Below, piece by piece: positions 45,429 to 56,555 of a stretch of 64,000 nt of DNA. A program made the translations under genes and the position numbers. This DNA is from an uncultured virus (IMG/VR IMGVR_UViG_3300048780_000186) (Duplodnaviria; Heunggongvirae; Uroviricota; Caudoviricetes). Position 1 is the first letter of the stretch, and the number at the start of each line of letters is the position of its first letter. The stretch is from the IMG/VR virus record IMGVR_UViG_3300048780_000186, one strand, 5' to 3'. Under the pieces are notes generated by a model that saw only the letters and a program-made list of their open reading frames with translations, was not told the origin of the DNA and made no database searches.

Positions 45429-47537
45429 TTGAGTACCGGATTCGTTCCGTTGGCGGATCTGGTTGCCGGCCTCACGCCGGATGATCAGACCTTCTTTGCC
45501 AACACCATCAAACGAGATTTCGAAGCTGCAGGCACCGACCAGGAGGGAGTCCTGCGCCGGATCTTGGGCTGTAAGCAGTGCCAGGACTGTGTCGCAGGCT
45601 ACAAGCAGAAGCATCCTGGCAAAGCATTCGGAATCAAGTGCTTCGGCGTCTATGACATTCCCGATTACGAGGCGATGCAGGCTGACCTGCACACCCGTGG
45701 GGATGACATGGAGCTGGACGAGATCCGTGAGATCTACGATCCGGCGTTCTGGTCCACCAGGTATATGGTTCTGCGCGACGATCAGGGCAACATCGAGCCT
45801 TGCGCGCCGCGCGTATACCAGGAAGAGGCGCTCCGCTGCACTTCCCCGCGCAAGGTCGACAGGTGGGGCCGTGGCCTGGGCAAGACCCTCTGCGGCGTCA
45901 TCGAAGAACTCCACTTCATCAGCATCAACAAGAACACCGAAGTCATGGTGGTGGCGCCTTCCCAGGCGCAAGCCCAGCTGTGGTGGGATGAGATCGTCTT
46001 CCAGATCGAGAACTCGCCGGCGCTTGGCGGCAACGACTTCCTGATCTCGAAGAAGCAGCAACCTTATTACTACATGCGGTTCGGCAACGGATCGGTCATC
46101 AAGATCTTCACGGCCGGATCGAAGTCCGGCAAGGGCGCAGATTCCGTCCGTAGCCAATCCCCGCGGCGTATCCGGCTGGAGGAGCAGGACTACCTGGCGG
46201 ACAAGGATTACCAGGCCATCATGCCGCTGATGCGTCGGTTCAAGAACATCACCTTCCACGGCTCTTCGACCCCGACCGGCCTGCGCGGGATGTTCTGGCA
46301 GATGTGCAACAAGCTGCCGGACTACAAAGAGTTCTTCCACCCGATCATGGATCACCCGAACTGGGGGACCGATCAGCTGAACGAGGAAGTCTGTTTGGCC
46401 GAGGCCCAGACCCTCGAGAAGTATCGTCACGAGTGGCTGGCCGAGTTCGGCGATCCCACCGCCGGCGTGTTCAAGTCTGCCTTCGTTGACTGGGCCATGA
46501 AGCCCTACAGCCTCAAGACTCTCATCTATGACCCGAACAAGCGGCATGTGATGGGGATCGACTGGAACGGCAAGGGCACCGGCACCCGGATTGTGGTCAC
46601 CCAATACGACCCCACCACCCGCAAACGGCGCGTGGTTCACCACGAAGCGATCGACGACGACAAGGCAACGACCAAGAAGTCCTTCAACAGGATCGTGGAG
46701 CTGAACAAGCTCTGGCACTGCGACTATGTGTACGTCGATGCCGGCTTCGGCTTCGTTCAGGACGAACTCATCAAGGACATCGGCGTTCAGGCCGGCACAT
46801 TCGATTCGGACACCGCGAAGCTGAAGTACATCAACGTCGTCGACTTCGGCGCCAAGCTGGAGACCAACGCTCTGGTTCCCAACCGGGACCCTGACTCGAA
46901 GTACCTGCCCAACCCCAAGGACGACATTCTCAAACGGCGCACCAAGCCGTTCATGGTCGAGGGCGTGGTCATGGCCTTCGAGATGGAGTTGGTGGAGGTT
47001 TCGCGCGAGTATGCACTGCTCGAAGAACAGCTTCGTGGCTTCCGGGTCAAGACCTGGACCAAGGGCGGAGCTGCCGACACCTACTCGACTGATGCCGACT
47101 CCGGCGATCACGATCTCGATGCTTTCATGTTGTCGATGCTGGGAATCGAATTGAACTACGGTCTCTGGCACACCAAGGAAACCGTCAGGCGTTTGATACA
47201 AATCGCCCATGTGTCAGGCTGGGGATTGCCGTCCACTGTAATTAGCCAGCAGGCGGCGTCACCTGTCCAGGCACCAGGGCCGCCAGCCCCGGCTGCCACC
47301 GAGAGGATGCGTGAACTCAAACGCGAGACCTCCGGTGTTCCTGCGCGAACCAAACCAGAAAGCAACCTGCAGGAGCAGTACCGTTTGCTCCACATGGCGA
47401 GACAGAGCTACACCGTGGCACCTGTCAACTCACCTGGGTCCGCCGGCAATGGTCGCGTTCCTTCCCGCACCAGCTTCTTTCAGAATTCAACCCGGCCTGG
47501 ATTTGGCAGTGCCGGACGTCGTTTTGGTGGTGGTTAA
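45429..47537 (+). CDS. terL: terminase large subunit
   Basis: YQ..AL, Walker A GRGLGKT, Walker B IRLEEQD, SSTP.G, nuclease MGIDWN, VDAG.G, DHDLDA; TTG start after AAGGA. Confidence 0.93.
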   Translation: MSTGFVPLADLVAGLTPDDQTFFANTIKRDFEAAGTDQEGVLRRILGCKQCQDCVAGYKQKHPGKAFGIKCFGVYDIPDYEAMQADLHTRGDDMELDEIREIYDPAFWSTRYMVLRDDQGNIEPCAPRVYQEEALRCTSPRKVDRWGRGLGKTLCGVIEELHFISINKNTEVMVVAPSQAQAQLWWDEIVFQIENSPALGGNDFLISKKQQPYYYMRFGNGSVIKIFTAGSKSGKGADSVRSQSPRRIRLEEQDYLADKDYQAIMPLMRRFKNITFHGSSTPTGLRGMFWQMCNKLPDYKEFFHPIMDHPNWGTDQLNEEVCLAEAQTLEKYRHEWLAEFGDPTAGVFKSAFVDWAMKPYSLKTLIYDPNKRHVMGIDWNGKGTGTRIVVTQYDPTTRKRRVVHHEAIDDDKATTKKSFNRIVELNKLWHCDYVYVDAGFGFVQDELIKDIGVQAGTFDSDTAKLKYINVVDFGAKLETNALVPNRDPDSKYLPNPKDDILKRRTKPFMVEGVVMAFEMELVEVSREYALLEEQLRGFRVKTWTKGGAADTYSTDADSGDHDLDAFMLSMLGIELNYGLWHTKETVRRLIQIAHVSGWGLPSTVISQQAASPVQAPGPPAPAATERMRELKRETSGVPARTKPESNLQEQYRLLHMARQSYTVAPVNSPGSAGNGRVPSRTSFFQNSTRPGFGSAGRRFGGG

Positions 47538-47956
47538 TGGCCAACGGAGATCCCCAGGACAACATCGCGGCGAGTGTGGCAGCCAGTTACGACATGCCGA
47601 TCGCGGTCTCGGTCATTGAGAAGTTGTCCAAGTTCCCGTTCCTCCAGCAGTTGGGCTACAACGGCCAACTGAGCTGGTTGAAGGGAGGATTCCTCGGGTT
47701 GCAGGACTTCTTCGACGAGATGACGACCTATTCGAGCGCCGCCGACATCCTGCAGATTGCCTGGCAGCTCATCCAGCCCAGAGTGCCCCTCAACCTGGAT
47801 GTGCAGAAGAACCTCTATACGACGGATTCGATGGGAACGGTCGGCAATGCCTTCCAGCAACTGGTCGGTTTCCAGCAGACCTTCGCGGTCAATCCCGACG
47901 ACCTTTCCGATTCAACCGGCAGCGCAGTCGTTGCCAACAATCTTCCGAGTTCTTAA
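47537..47956 (+). CDS. hypothetical virion-module protein
   Basis: Coupled TAATG between terminase and next gene. Confidence 0.75.
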   Translation: MANGDPQDNIAASVAASYDMPIAVSVIEKLSKFPFLQQLGYNGQLSWLKGGFLGLQDFFDEMTTYSSAADILQIAWQLIQPRVPLNLDVQKNLYTTDSMGTVGNAFQQLVGFQQTFAVNPDDLSDSTGSAVVANNLPSS

Positions 47957-49596
47957 TGGCCTTCGAGTCGATCCAGTTCAAGTACACCCCTCCGCCCACC
48001 GTCTCGGCGGCGATTCCCGCCGCACAGGCTGCTGTGCCTGTGAGTCTGGCCACAGGTGGCAGCCTGGCGAATTCCGGGAATGCCACGGCGAGCGCGTCGG
48101 CCGCCGGAAAGCTGATCGCCAGACTGGCAGACCTGTTGGACACCAATCAGTACCTGCAGCAGGTGATCCTTGCAATGAGCACGGGGCTGGGCATCGAGTT
48201 CGATCCTTCCGTGGATCCGGAGACCGCGCGGGCACTGCAAACGATCTATTCAAACCTGCCGGTGCCGACCTCGCTTACCGTCAGTATGTACAACCGGATG
48301 CTCGATGCCAAGATGACGGCATTGCAGATCGAATCGGGCCTGGGAACCGGCACTGCCTACGAGACGAATCCGTTTCAGGCGTCGGCCGTCACTCAAATCA
48401 ACCAAGCCATCGAAAGCGGCCTGGTCAACAGCGGACAATCCCAATACCAGACCGCTCTGCTTCTGGGCCCATTGAAAGGGGACGCGGTCCTCTTCAACAA
48501 CATGACAGCCCAACTGTCACAGTATCCGGTCATTGCATCGCCGGGAACCCCTTCGATCGCCATCAACAATCCAAACCAGATCTCGATTCTGGGACAGGAC
48601 GTTTCGCCGGCGCTGGCGAGCACCATGAACAGCTCGCTCGACTCCTTCCAAAGTTCCTATGCGTCGGTCTACCAACTGACTGCGGGTGTAGGAGTTGTCG
48701 CTCAGGACGTCAATAATGTCCTGAACCAGTTCTTCCTGGAACCTCCCACCAATCTGGTGAGGATGATCCCGATGTTGCAGGCACTTCAAGGCTTCTCACA
48801 AGGGCCTCGCCTGGACTCGATCGTCAACGGGATGACTGGCACGGTGTTCGTTCAACTCATCGCTGAAGCGGCCGGGATGGTCATCATGGCCGACCGTTTC
48901 ATGCAGACCGCGGTGCAGCCCCTCAAAGGCAGCACATCCAATATTGGCCAGATGGTCTCGCAGATCCAGGCAGCCGCGGCCATGGCCAACGTGGTGGTCA
49001 ACGGGGCAAGACAGAGCTTCGTCAACACCACCGGCGGACTCAAGGGTTGTTCTCTGGCCTACAACAGCGGCCTGCCGACAGCGCCGGTCAGTTCGTCTGC
49101 GCTGGTGCCGGCGAGCACTTTCCAGGTTCCCGGGGCGGGTCCAATGACACCCGGCCTGATGACGTTGGCTACCCACCTCGATTGGGCAAACACGACAGTC
49201 AGCAACCGGGTCATGGTGCTTCAGGAATCGTTCCAGAAGCTGTTGAATCGCCGGACCGGCGACATGAACACCCAGATGGACATCATCGCCAGCACTCAGG
49301 CCCTGAACACACTGACCCAACTGGCCAAGGCCGTGATGACCTACAACAGCAGCCAACCTGCGGTAGGCGCCACAAACTCTGTCACTCAGACCGCGGCTGT
49401 GAGCCAGATCCTCAGCGGCATGAGTTCGACGACAGGCACTTCCTTCGTTGTCACCAACGGCCAGATGCAGGCAGTTTCTCCCACAGTCCCCGCACCGCCC
49501 AGCAACGTGCAAACGGTTCTGACCAAGGGCGGCGTGAACCTGATCGTCGCATCCTCGTCGACTGTACAAGCACCCACCATCGGAGCAGTGAGCTAA
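47956..49596 (+). CDS. large helical virion-module protein
   Basis: 546 aa, Ala/Gln/Ser/Thr-rich, coupled on both sides. Confidence 0.75.
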   Translation: MAFESIQFKYTPPPTVSAAIPAAQAAVPVSLATGGSLANSGNATASASAAGKLIARLADLLDTNQYLQQVILAMSTGLGIEFDPSVDPETARALQTIYSNLPVPTSLTVSMYNRMLDAKMTALQIESGLGTGTAYETNPFQASAVTQINQAIESGLVNSGQSQYQTALLLGPLKGDAVLFNNMTAQLSQYPVIASPGTPSIAINNPNQISILGQDVSPALASTMNSSLDSFQSSYASVYQLTAGVGVVAQDVNNVLNQFFLEPPTNLVRMIPMLQALQGFSQGPRLDSIVNGMTGTVFVQLIAEAAGMVIMADRFMQTAVQPLKGSTSNIGQMVSQIQAAAAMANVVVNGARQSFVNTTGGLKGCSLAYNSGLPTAPVSSSALVPASTFQVPGAGPMTPGLMTLATHLDWANTTVSNRVMVLQESFQKLLNRRTGDMNTQMDIIASTQALNTLTQLAKAVMTYNSSQPAVGATNSVTQTAAVSQILSGMSSTTGTSFVVTNGQMQAVSPTVPAPPSNVQTVLTKGGVNLIVASSSTVQAPTIGAVS

Positions 49597-51812
49597 TGCC
49601 ACGCACACCAGACACCACTCTTCAGGACAATGCGGCGGCCCGGCAGGAACGGCTTATGGCCTTTGTTGACGGCACGTCCACCAAGGCCAAGCCTGGCAAA
49701 GCCGCTGTGATCCGCCGGACGATCGCCGGCCAGGTCATCGAGCCCAACATCAAAGGGCTGGGGCGCAGGACCGCCTCGTATACCGATAGAGGATTTCAGC
49801 CTGTTGAACGGTCGACTGGAGAACGCAACATCAGCGACAAGCTGATGGAAGGCATGAAGATCGAGGACGCCGGCAAGATGCTGAACGGCGACCTGAACAA
49901 GATCAAGCTCGACAAGGCAGCCGATTACATCGGCACCTACTATATGTGGAACGGCATCCTGATGCCGGAGTATGACATGCGCGAACCGCACGCCATCTCT
50001 GACACCGAGGTCTACGTCAAGCAGGCCGTGGCTCGCAAGCTGGCGCTCGCCGCGCGCGCGGGCTACGAGATCATGAGCGACCGCGAGGAAGACGCCGATT
50101 ACATCCAGACTCGCATCAATGCGTTTGAATTCGTCACCGAACGCAGCTTCGAGAGCTTCATCAAGGGCGTTCTGCGCAACCTGTTCCTGTGTTCCAACTG
50201 CTTCCTCCTCAAGATCCGCAAGGAAGACGCTTCCCCGGTGAGCAAGAAGGAGGGCGGCAGAGTCCCAGTCGCTGCCTATGTGATCATCCCCGCCCACACG
50301 ATGCACCCTTATCTGGAGAAGGGGAAGATCAGCAAGTGGCGCCGCATCTTCGACCACGGCATTCCGTGGATCGATTACCCGGTTGAGGACATCATCCACC
50401 TGAAGTGGGACGTCAAGCCTGGTCACATCTTCGGAACGCCGCGCACCATCGCCGTCCGGGATGACATCTTCGCCTTGCGCCGGCTTGAAGAGAACATCGA
50501 ACTCCTGTTCATCAACCACCTGTTCCCGTTGTTTCACGTTCAGGTTGGCAACGAGAAGGCTCCTTGCACCTATGGTCCGGGCGGTGAGTCCGAGATCGAT
50601 ATGGTGCGCTTCCAGATCGAGAACATGCCCAAAGAGGGCGTGTTTGTCACGGATGAGCGCGTCACCGTCACCGCCGTTGGTGCCAACGGCAAGTCTCTTG
50701 ACTTCAAGGCCCTGGTGGAGCACTTCAAGTCCCGGGTCTACATCGGCCTGGGCATGAGCGCCATCGATATGGGCGAAGGCGCCGACGCCACCCGCGCCAC
50801 CGCCGACAACATCTCGCAGAACCTGAAGGATTCGATCAAGGCCGACCTCGACGAGCTGGCCGATCAGATCCGGATGTTCATCTTCAAGGAATGGTTCCAG
50901 GAAGCCAACTACTCGACATCCGTGCAGAAGGGCGTGGCGCGCACCAAGCTGGCATTCCACGAACTCGATCTCGACAATCGGATCAAGGAAGAGACGCATG
51001 TGATGGCTCTCTTCAATTCCCACCTGCTCACCGAGACGGAAGCCCGCAAGCGGATGAACCTCAAGCCGATGAGCAAGACGGAGCAGAACGATACTCACTT
51101 CGCTCTCCATGTGCTTCGCCTTGAACGCGAGATCCAGAAGTATAAGACCGCATCGGCCATTGAGATCGGCGAACAGGATGTGAAGAACCAGAAGGCGTTG
51201 GCCGGAACCCAGATGAAGCTGATGGAAGCCCAGGCCAAGCTGTCCGAGGTCAAGGCCAGCCACGAACAACAGAGTCTCGAAGCGCAGGCGAAACATCTGC
51301 CTGTCATTGCCAAGGCGAAGGTCGCCGTGGCCAATGCCAGCTCACGCCGGGCCAGCAAGGGTACCGGCGCCGGTCACCCGCGCGGAGGCACGGCCAAGAA
51401 GACAACTCAGACCGCCGCGGCAACCGCCAATAAGATGCGGCCGGCCAACCAGCATGGATCGAAGCTGGGCCCAGGCAAGAACAGTGACAGCCTCATGAGC
51501 GATATCTATGAAGGCTTGGTGCAAGGTCGGGACCGACTGATTGCCGATGGTCTCAATGTGGATAAGAACTGGCGCAAAGCAAGCGGTCAGATCATCGATG
51601 AGATCGTTGCGCGACTCAACCAGCGCGAAATCACCGATTCAGTTGGTGATTCCTATACTAGACAGGAACGAGCCGCCGGACTGAGTTCATTGAAGTCCGT
51701 GATTGCTGAAACTTCTGATCCTGAGCTTCTTTCCGTGCTTCTTCGAGCGGAATTGGAAGACGAGGTAGATGATGCCGAACTTGAATATGCCATTGCCGGT
51801 CGTGCAGCTTAA
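49596..51812 (+). CDS. portal protein
   Basis: Position between terL and protease; EDIIHLK...FG.P, RVYIGLGMS, LLTETEARKRMNLKP. Confidence 0.85.
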   Translation: MPRTPDTTLQDNAAARQERLMAFVDGTSTKAKPGKAAVIRRTIAGQVIEPNIKGLGRRTASYTDRGFQPVERSTGERNISDKLMEGMKIEDAGKMLNGDLNKIKLDKAADYIGTYYMWNGILMPEYDMREPHAISDTEVYVKQAVARKLALAARAGYEIMSDREEDADYIQTRINAFEFVTERSFESFIKGVLRNLFLCSNCFLLKIRKEDASPVSKKEGGRVPVAAYVIIPAHTMHPYLEKGKISKWRRIFDHGIPWIDYPVEDIIHLKWDVKPGHIFGTPRTIAVRDDIFALRRLEENIELLFINHLFPLFHVQVGNEKAPCTYGPGGESEIDMVRFQIENMPKEGVFVTDERVTVTAVGANGKSLDFKALVEHFKSRVYIGLGMSAIDMGEGADATRATADNISQNLKDSIKADLDELADQIRMFIFKEWFQEANYSTSVQKGVARTKLAFHELDLDNRIKEETHVMALFNSHLLTETEARKRMNLKPMSKTEQNDTHFALHVLRLEREIQKYKTASAIEIGEQDVKNQKALAGTQMKLMEAQAKLSEVKASHEQQSLEAQAKHLPVIAKAKVAVANASSRRASKGTGAGHPRGGTAKKTTQTAAATANKMRPANQHGSKLGPGKNSDSLMSDIYEGLVQGRDRLIADGLNVDKNWRKASGQIIDEIVARLNQREITDSVGDSYTRQERAAGLSSLKSVIAETSDPELLSVLLRAELEDEVDDAELEYAIAGRAA

Positions 51813-52027
51813 CGGTCCTGGGATGCAGAACTCCAGAGTGACTCCGCTGCAACAGGCACTTGCGCAGGATGCGTCCGCTCTGTTCCAGAGCAATGCATCG
51901 ATTCAGCCCATCCCGCAGGGAGGTCCCTTCCTGCTTGAGATCCCTCTCAATCGTTAGATAGTGGGGCGCCGGACAGTACCTGTTACCCGGGCGACTAACT
52001 AACAGTTGGTTTCATACAAGGTTGGAC

Positions 52028-54406
52028 ATGCTGAGCGAACGCCGTTGGCTCAAGATCCACGACTTTCTGACGTTTCGTCCGAGCGCGGTTCTTGAGAACA
52101 AGAGATTCCTGTTCGAGTGCAAGGACTCGAAGTCCGAGACAGGCCACAGCCTGCTCGTTCGCGTGGACGCGACTCACGCCGGCATCGTAACGGGCAATCG
52201 CAAGTTCTATCGTCCCGATTGCATGCAGGACGCGGTTCAGACCTGGATTCCCAAAGGGGTCGCACCGCTTCCCGTTCTTCGCGGGCACGACAAAGAAGGC
52301 GACGTGCTGGGCCGGATTCGTGAGGCCAAGTACATCGACGACTCCTGGAAGTACGCCAGGGACTTTCCGGTTCTGAAGGATTCAGTCTTCTATAACCGGG
52401 ATTCAAAGACCGGCGGCAAGTTCAACGTGTTCAAGACGGTGGACTGGATTCAGGACAACCTGGCCCGCGTGAAGGGCTACCAGGGCATCGGTCATATCGA
52501 ACTGGGTTTGACTCTGACCAACCCTGAAGCGATTCAGAAGATACTCCGTGACGAGTATCTGTGCGTTTCTGCCGGTGCGATTACTGACTCGGCCACCTGC
52601 TCCATCTGCCACACCGACTGGGCATCGGAGGACAAGTGCGAACACCGCCCCGGTGAGATCGTCGATGGGCGCATGGCCTTCCTGATCTCGGGAAGGTTCA
52701 AGTACAAGGAACTCAGCTTCGTCAACTTTGGAGCCGACCCGTTTGCTCAGGTGAAGTCCTACGAATTGAAGGATTCCCTCGAGAAGATGTTCTTCCTTGG
52801 TCTGCCTCTCGATGACCAGCAGTTTGCTATCGATAGGGGCCTCAAACTGACCGACAGCCTGTACGAGTCGGACATCGTGATTGAATACGAGGAACCAAAG
52901 ATGACGATTGATGTGGCCGTCGCACAACAGACTCTCAAGAGCCCCGATTTGACGGCAGCGCAAGCATTCGATCTGCAAGATCAACTCACGGCCTGGGCAC
53001 CTGAGTCAGACGAAGAGAAGACCTCCCGGCGCAGTCTGCAGTCCACACTCACCGCCAAGATCCGCAAGAACGGCTGGAAGAGGGAAGCGAGCAAGGCTGA
53101 TCCGGTTGCGATTGACGATGCCTGCATGAACGCCGATCTCGCTGCAGTTCCCGCAGTAGCCGATGGCGTGAACGATGCGGCTGCCATTACGACAGCGGTT
53201 GCCGAAGCAACCGAATGCGTGGACGGGGTTTGCGACTGGTCGGGATTCACATTGACCGACGAGGACCAAGCATTCTTCGCCGACGAGCAGAAGGTTTACG
53301 ACGAGCTTTGCACCGAGATGGATGCCGCGGGCACCGGCGGCGAGCTCAAGGACGAACAGATCAAGGACGCCAAGCTGGATGCGGAAGCCCGCAAGAAACT
53401 GGGTGGCAAGTCCTTCTGTGGCCCGAATCGCACCTTCCCCGTGGAAGACTGCGCGCATCACACCGCAGCCCTCCGGCTGCTGGGCCGGGCCAAGATCAGC
53501 GACGGCGCCAAGGAGAAGATCCGGGCCTGCGTTGAGAGAAAGGGCAAGACGTTGAAGTGTTCCGTGGCCTCCAAGACCGAAGACAAGATCAATACCACGG
53601 CCACCGAGGGCATCGAGATCAGTGACGAACTCACGGCTCTGGCCGCCGGGCTGAATCTCTTCGACGCCGAAGATGGCGACAAGGACACCCGGGCCGCAGT
53701 GGTCAAGGAGATTCTTGGCCATTACGAATGCCTGGACAAGCACCACAAGGTGGCTAGCTCAGACACTCACGGCCTGCAGTACAAGATCGAGGATCTTCAC
53801 AGTGCCATTGGCGAGCGGTGGAACAAGGACCGTTACGTCGACTGGGCCAAGAAGTACCTCGCCGAGAATGTGAAGGACTCCCTGCTCGTCACCAAGGACG
53901 AGCTTGCCGAAAAGGACGAGGCCGTCCTCGGCCTGACCGACGAGCTGGCCGTGATCAGGACATCGGTCGCCACCAAGGATCGTGTGCTCGCCGCCGTTCT
54001 CATGGACTCGAAGACCAGTCTGGCAACAACCCTGGTCATGCACAACTGCCTGCGGAAGAAGGATGGCTACACCGGCCTCAATCCCACGCAGATCCAGGAC
54101 AAGATTGCCGAGTTCGCCAAACGCCATATCCAGAGTCTGAAAGACGCTGTGACCGATCTTTTCGCCGAGCTGCAATGGAGCACCGCGGCCGAACCGGGGA
54201 AAGCTGGCACCGACCAGGGAACCACGGTAAACGACAACGCTCACGTAGATGAGGTGGATGGTACGGACCGCGATCCGGCCCTGATCCCTGCGCTCACGGT
54301 GCAAGACACCCAAAAGCTTCAGCGCATGCTCACCTACATTCACGACGCAACGGACCGCGAGCGGTACATCGCCGATGTTCGTTACGGCCGTGTGCAGCTC
54401 AGCTAA
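52028..54406 (+). CDS. prohead protease fused to scaffold
   Basis: PVLRGHD, YLCVSAG...CSIC...CEH, ELSFVNFGAD; acidic coiled-coil C-terminal half. Confidence 0.85.
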   Translation: MLSERRWLKIHDFLTFRPSAVLENKRFLFECKDSKSETGHSLLVRVDATHAGIVTGNRKFYRPDCMQDAVQTWIPKGVAPLPVLRGHDKEGDVLGRIREAKYIDDSWKYARDFPVLKDSVFYNRDSKTGGKFNVFKTVDWIQDNLARVKGYQGIGHIELGLTLTNPEAIQKILRDEYLCVSAGAITDSATCSICHTDWASEDKCEHRPGEIVDGRMAFLISGRFKYKELSFVNFGADPFAQVKSYELKDSLEKMFFLGLPLDDQQFAIDRGLKLTDSLYESDIVIEYEEPKMTIDVAVAQQTLKSPDLTAAQAFDLQDQLTAWAPESDEEKTSRRSLQSTLTAKIRKNGWKREASKADPVAIDDACMNADLAAVPAVADGVNDAAAITTAVAEATECVDGVCDWSGFTLTDEDQAFFADEQKVYDELCTEMDAAGTGGELKDEQIKDAKLDAEARKKLGGKSFCGPNRTFPVEDCAHHTAALRLLGRAKISDGAKEKIRACVERKGKTLKCSVASKTEDKINTTATEGIEISDELTALAAGLNLFDAEDGDKDTRAAVVKEILGHYECLDKHHKVASSDTHGLQYKIEDLHSAIGERWNKDRYVDWAKKYLAENVKDSLLVTKDELAEKDEAVLGLTDELAVIRTSVATKDRVLAAVLMDSKTSLATTLVMHNCLRKKDGYTGLNPTQIQDKIAEFAKRHIQSLKDAVTDLFAELQWSTAAEPGKAGTDQGTTVNDNAHVDEVDGTDRDPALIPALTVQDTQKLQRMLTYIHDATDRERYIADVRYGRVQLS

Positions 54407-54439
54407 GCAACCACGACTTAGGTTGCAGGAGAAACTATC

Positions 54440-56236
54440 ATGCCAGTCGATCTCAATAACCAGTACACCGGCAAACTGTTCGGGCAGGACCGTATCGGTC
54501 AGACGACCCCGGACCTGGAGCTCTCTGAGCCCCTGAAGCCCTGGCTGCCTGTTCCGTATCCGGCACCCTATCTGCCGGGTCTGCGTCAGGATCAAGGCCA
54601 TCCGAAGTTGGCGTCTGTCGTGCTCAGCTCGCAGCATCTGATTGGGCAAGACAAGAGTGGCGCGCTCGTTCCTTCCGGCCTGCAATGCGGAAAGACTCCC
54701 GCCGGTTCCAACGTGTGGTGCATCATTCAGTGGGGAGCGGGATCGATCGATCAGTTCACCATTGATCCTCGCACCGGCAACGCCGTGACTCCTGGCGACC
54801 ATTGCGTTCTGGCAGCTCCTGCCGACGCCGCGCCTGGCAACGTCACTCTGACCAATGGCACCGTGATTGCAGTCAGCTGGACTGACATCAACTGGGCCTG
54901 GAACTGCACCCTGTTCCCGAGCGTGACGACTGGCACGACGCTGTCCGGGTCTGCCACCAATGTTCCGCTGGTTCCGGTGCTCACCCCCTCCGCCGCTGCG
55001 ACCAAGTCGACATTGGTCTACACCCTGGCTGCGGCCGGCGACTCCTTCGTCGGTCAGCTGGTCTTCCAGGTTGGCGCGGCCGGCACGCCTGCCACGGTTG
55101 AGTTCAACGGGACGCTGGCCGCGGCTGCGACGGCTGTGACTGCAGCGATTACCGCCCTGGCTCCTGCCTCCGCTGTGACTGCTGCCAACGCGGCTCTCAC
55201 CGCCGCGAACACCGCGCTGACCACAGCCAACACCGCTGTGACGACTGCCAACACCGCTCTCACCGCCGCGAATGTGGTTGTGACCACGGCCGGCAACACA
55301 GTGACGGCGACGGACCTTGCCAACCAGTCTGCGGCTCTGGCGGCCTACAACACCGCTCTGGCCAACCTGGCGACTGCCCAGACCACCCAAGTTGCGGCAC
55401 AGGCTGCTTACACCGCAGTGTTCAACCTGAACGCTGTGACCATCGCGGCCACCACGACCACACTGACCCTCACGGGTGTGGTTGACGGCGCGCTCCTGGC
55501 CGGCACCAACTCCTTCGTCTTCACCAGCGACATCGACGACGTGGGCCATGTGGGCACGGCAGTCCCTTACTCGTACGGCACAGCCCGTCCGATCGGCGTT
55601 TGCACTCGGAACGTCTTCCAGTACATCGGCGGCGTGAAGATCATCGACACCTCGCTCGCCGGCGGCATCCTGTACCGCCTCGAAGGCCTGAACCCCATCG
55701 GATTCCAGGTCATGAATTACATGCACGAGATGGGCACGGCCATCCAGACCCAGTATGTGCTGAAGGTGCCGTGGATTGGCGCCACGCCGAACACGCTGCA
55801 GCAAGACGCAACGACCGACGGCATTCAGGGCTACGTGCAGGGCTATGGACGCACCTTTGCCCACTTCACAGGCCTTCCCACCACCGGCGCAGGCGTGACC
55901 TTTTCGCAGTTCCAGAACGACCAGGGCAACTACACGGTGTTCAACCCGGCAGTCAACTCTCCGGTTGATCTGGTCGGTCGCATCATCGGCGTCGTGAACA
56001 TGATCAACAAGATCGGGTTCTCGAACCGCATCAAGACCCTGTGGGATCCGTCTCGCATGGTTGGCCCGATGACCGATCCGAATCCGGCGGCCATCATGAT
56101 GGGCGGCTCGGCCACTGCCGGCCTGCCTTACGACCTGAATCTGACGACTGACGGCATCTACAAGGCCTCTCAGTTGCAGAAGACTCAGGCCCGGCCCGAG
56201 TACGGCACCTACGTCCTGGTCCGCGTGCTCCTGTAA
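54440..56236 (+). CDS. head decoration/structural protein with Ala/Thr coiled-coil insert
   Basis: Position between protease and capsid; ARPIGV motif; TAANTAL heptads. Confidence 0.7.
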   Translation: MPVDLNNQYTGKLFGQDRIGQTTPDLELSEPLKPWLPVPYPAPYLPGLRQDQGHPKLASVVLSSQHLIGQDKSGALVPSGLQCGKTPAGSNVWCIIQWGAGSIDQFTIDPRTGNAVTPGDHCVLAAPADAAPGNVTLTNGTVIAVSWTDINWAWNCTLFPSVTTGTTLSGSATNVPLVPVLTPSAAATKSTLVYTLAAAGDSFVGQLVFQVGAAGTPATVEFNGTLAAAATAVTAAITALAPASAVTAANAALTAANTALTTANTAVTTANTALTAANVVVTTAGNTVTATDLANQSAALAAYNTALANLATAQTTQVAAQAAYTAVFNLNAVTIAATTTTLTLTGVVDGALLAGTNSFVFTSDIDDVGHVGTAVPYSYGTARPIGVCTRNVFQYIGGVKIIDTSLAGGILYRLEGLNPIGFQVMNYMHEMGTAIQTQYVLKVPWIGATPNTLQQDATTDGIQGYVQGYGRTFAHFTGLPTTGAGVTFSQFQNDQGNYTVFNPAVNSPVDLVGRIIGVVNMINKIGFSNRIKTLWDPSRMVGPMTDPNPAAIMMGGSATAGLPYDLNLTTDGIYKASQLQKTQARPEYGTYVLVRVLL

Positions 56237-56277
56237 TCCAGGCACACTCACCTTACTAACAGTTGGTTGGAGACTCC

Positions 56278-56478
56278 ATGCCGCAGATCGTGATCACCCA
56301 TGGGCAAGCGTATGTCAAGGGCGACGGTCTGCGGTGCATGGCAAAACGCTCCGATGGCACAGGCCGCGTCTGCGACAAGCTTGTGGTCAAGAAGAACCCA
56401 GCAGGTGAGATCGCCGGGGCATTCCAATGCCCCGATCGCCGGTGTCGCCAGCATATCCAAGTCGAGACCAAACGATAA
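56278..56478 (+). CDS. Zn-ribbon protein (Mu Com-like)
   Basis: LRC...CDKLV...FQCPDRRC; GGAG RBS. Confidence 0.55.
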   Translation: MPQIVITHGQAYVKGDGLRCMAKRSDGTGRVCDKLVVKKNPAGEIAGAFQCPDRRCRQHIQVETKR

Positions 56479-56555
56479 CTGCGGTCTCTGACGCACACCT
56501 TTACAATCCGCCGGCCCACGTTGGACCAAACCGCCCTGAGGAGGGTATTTTTCAC

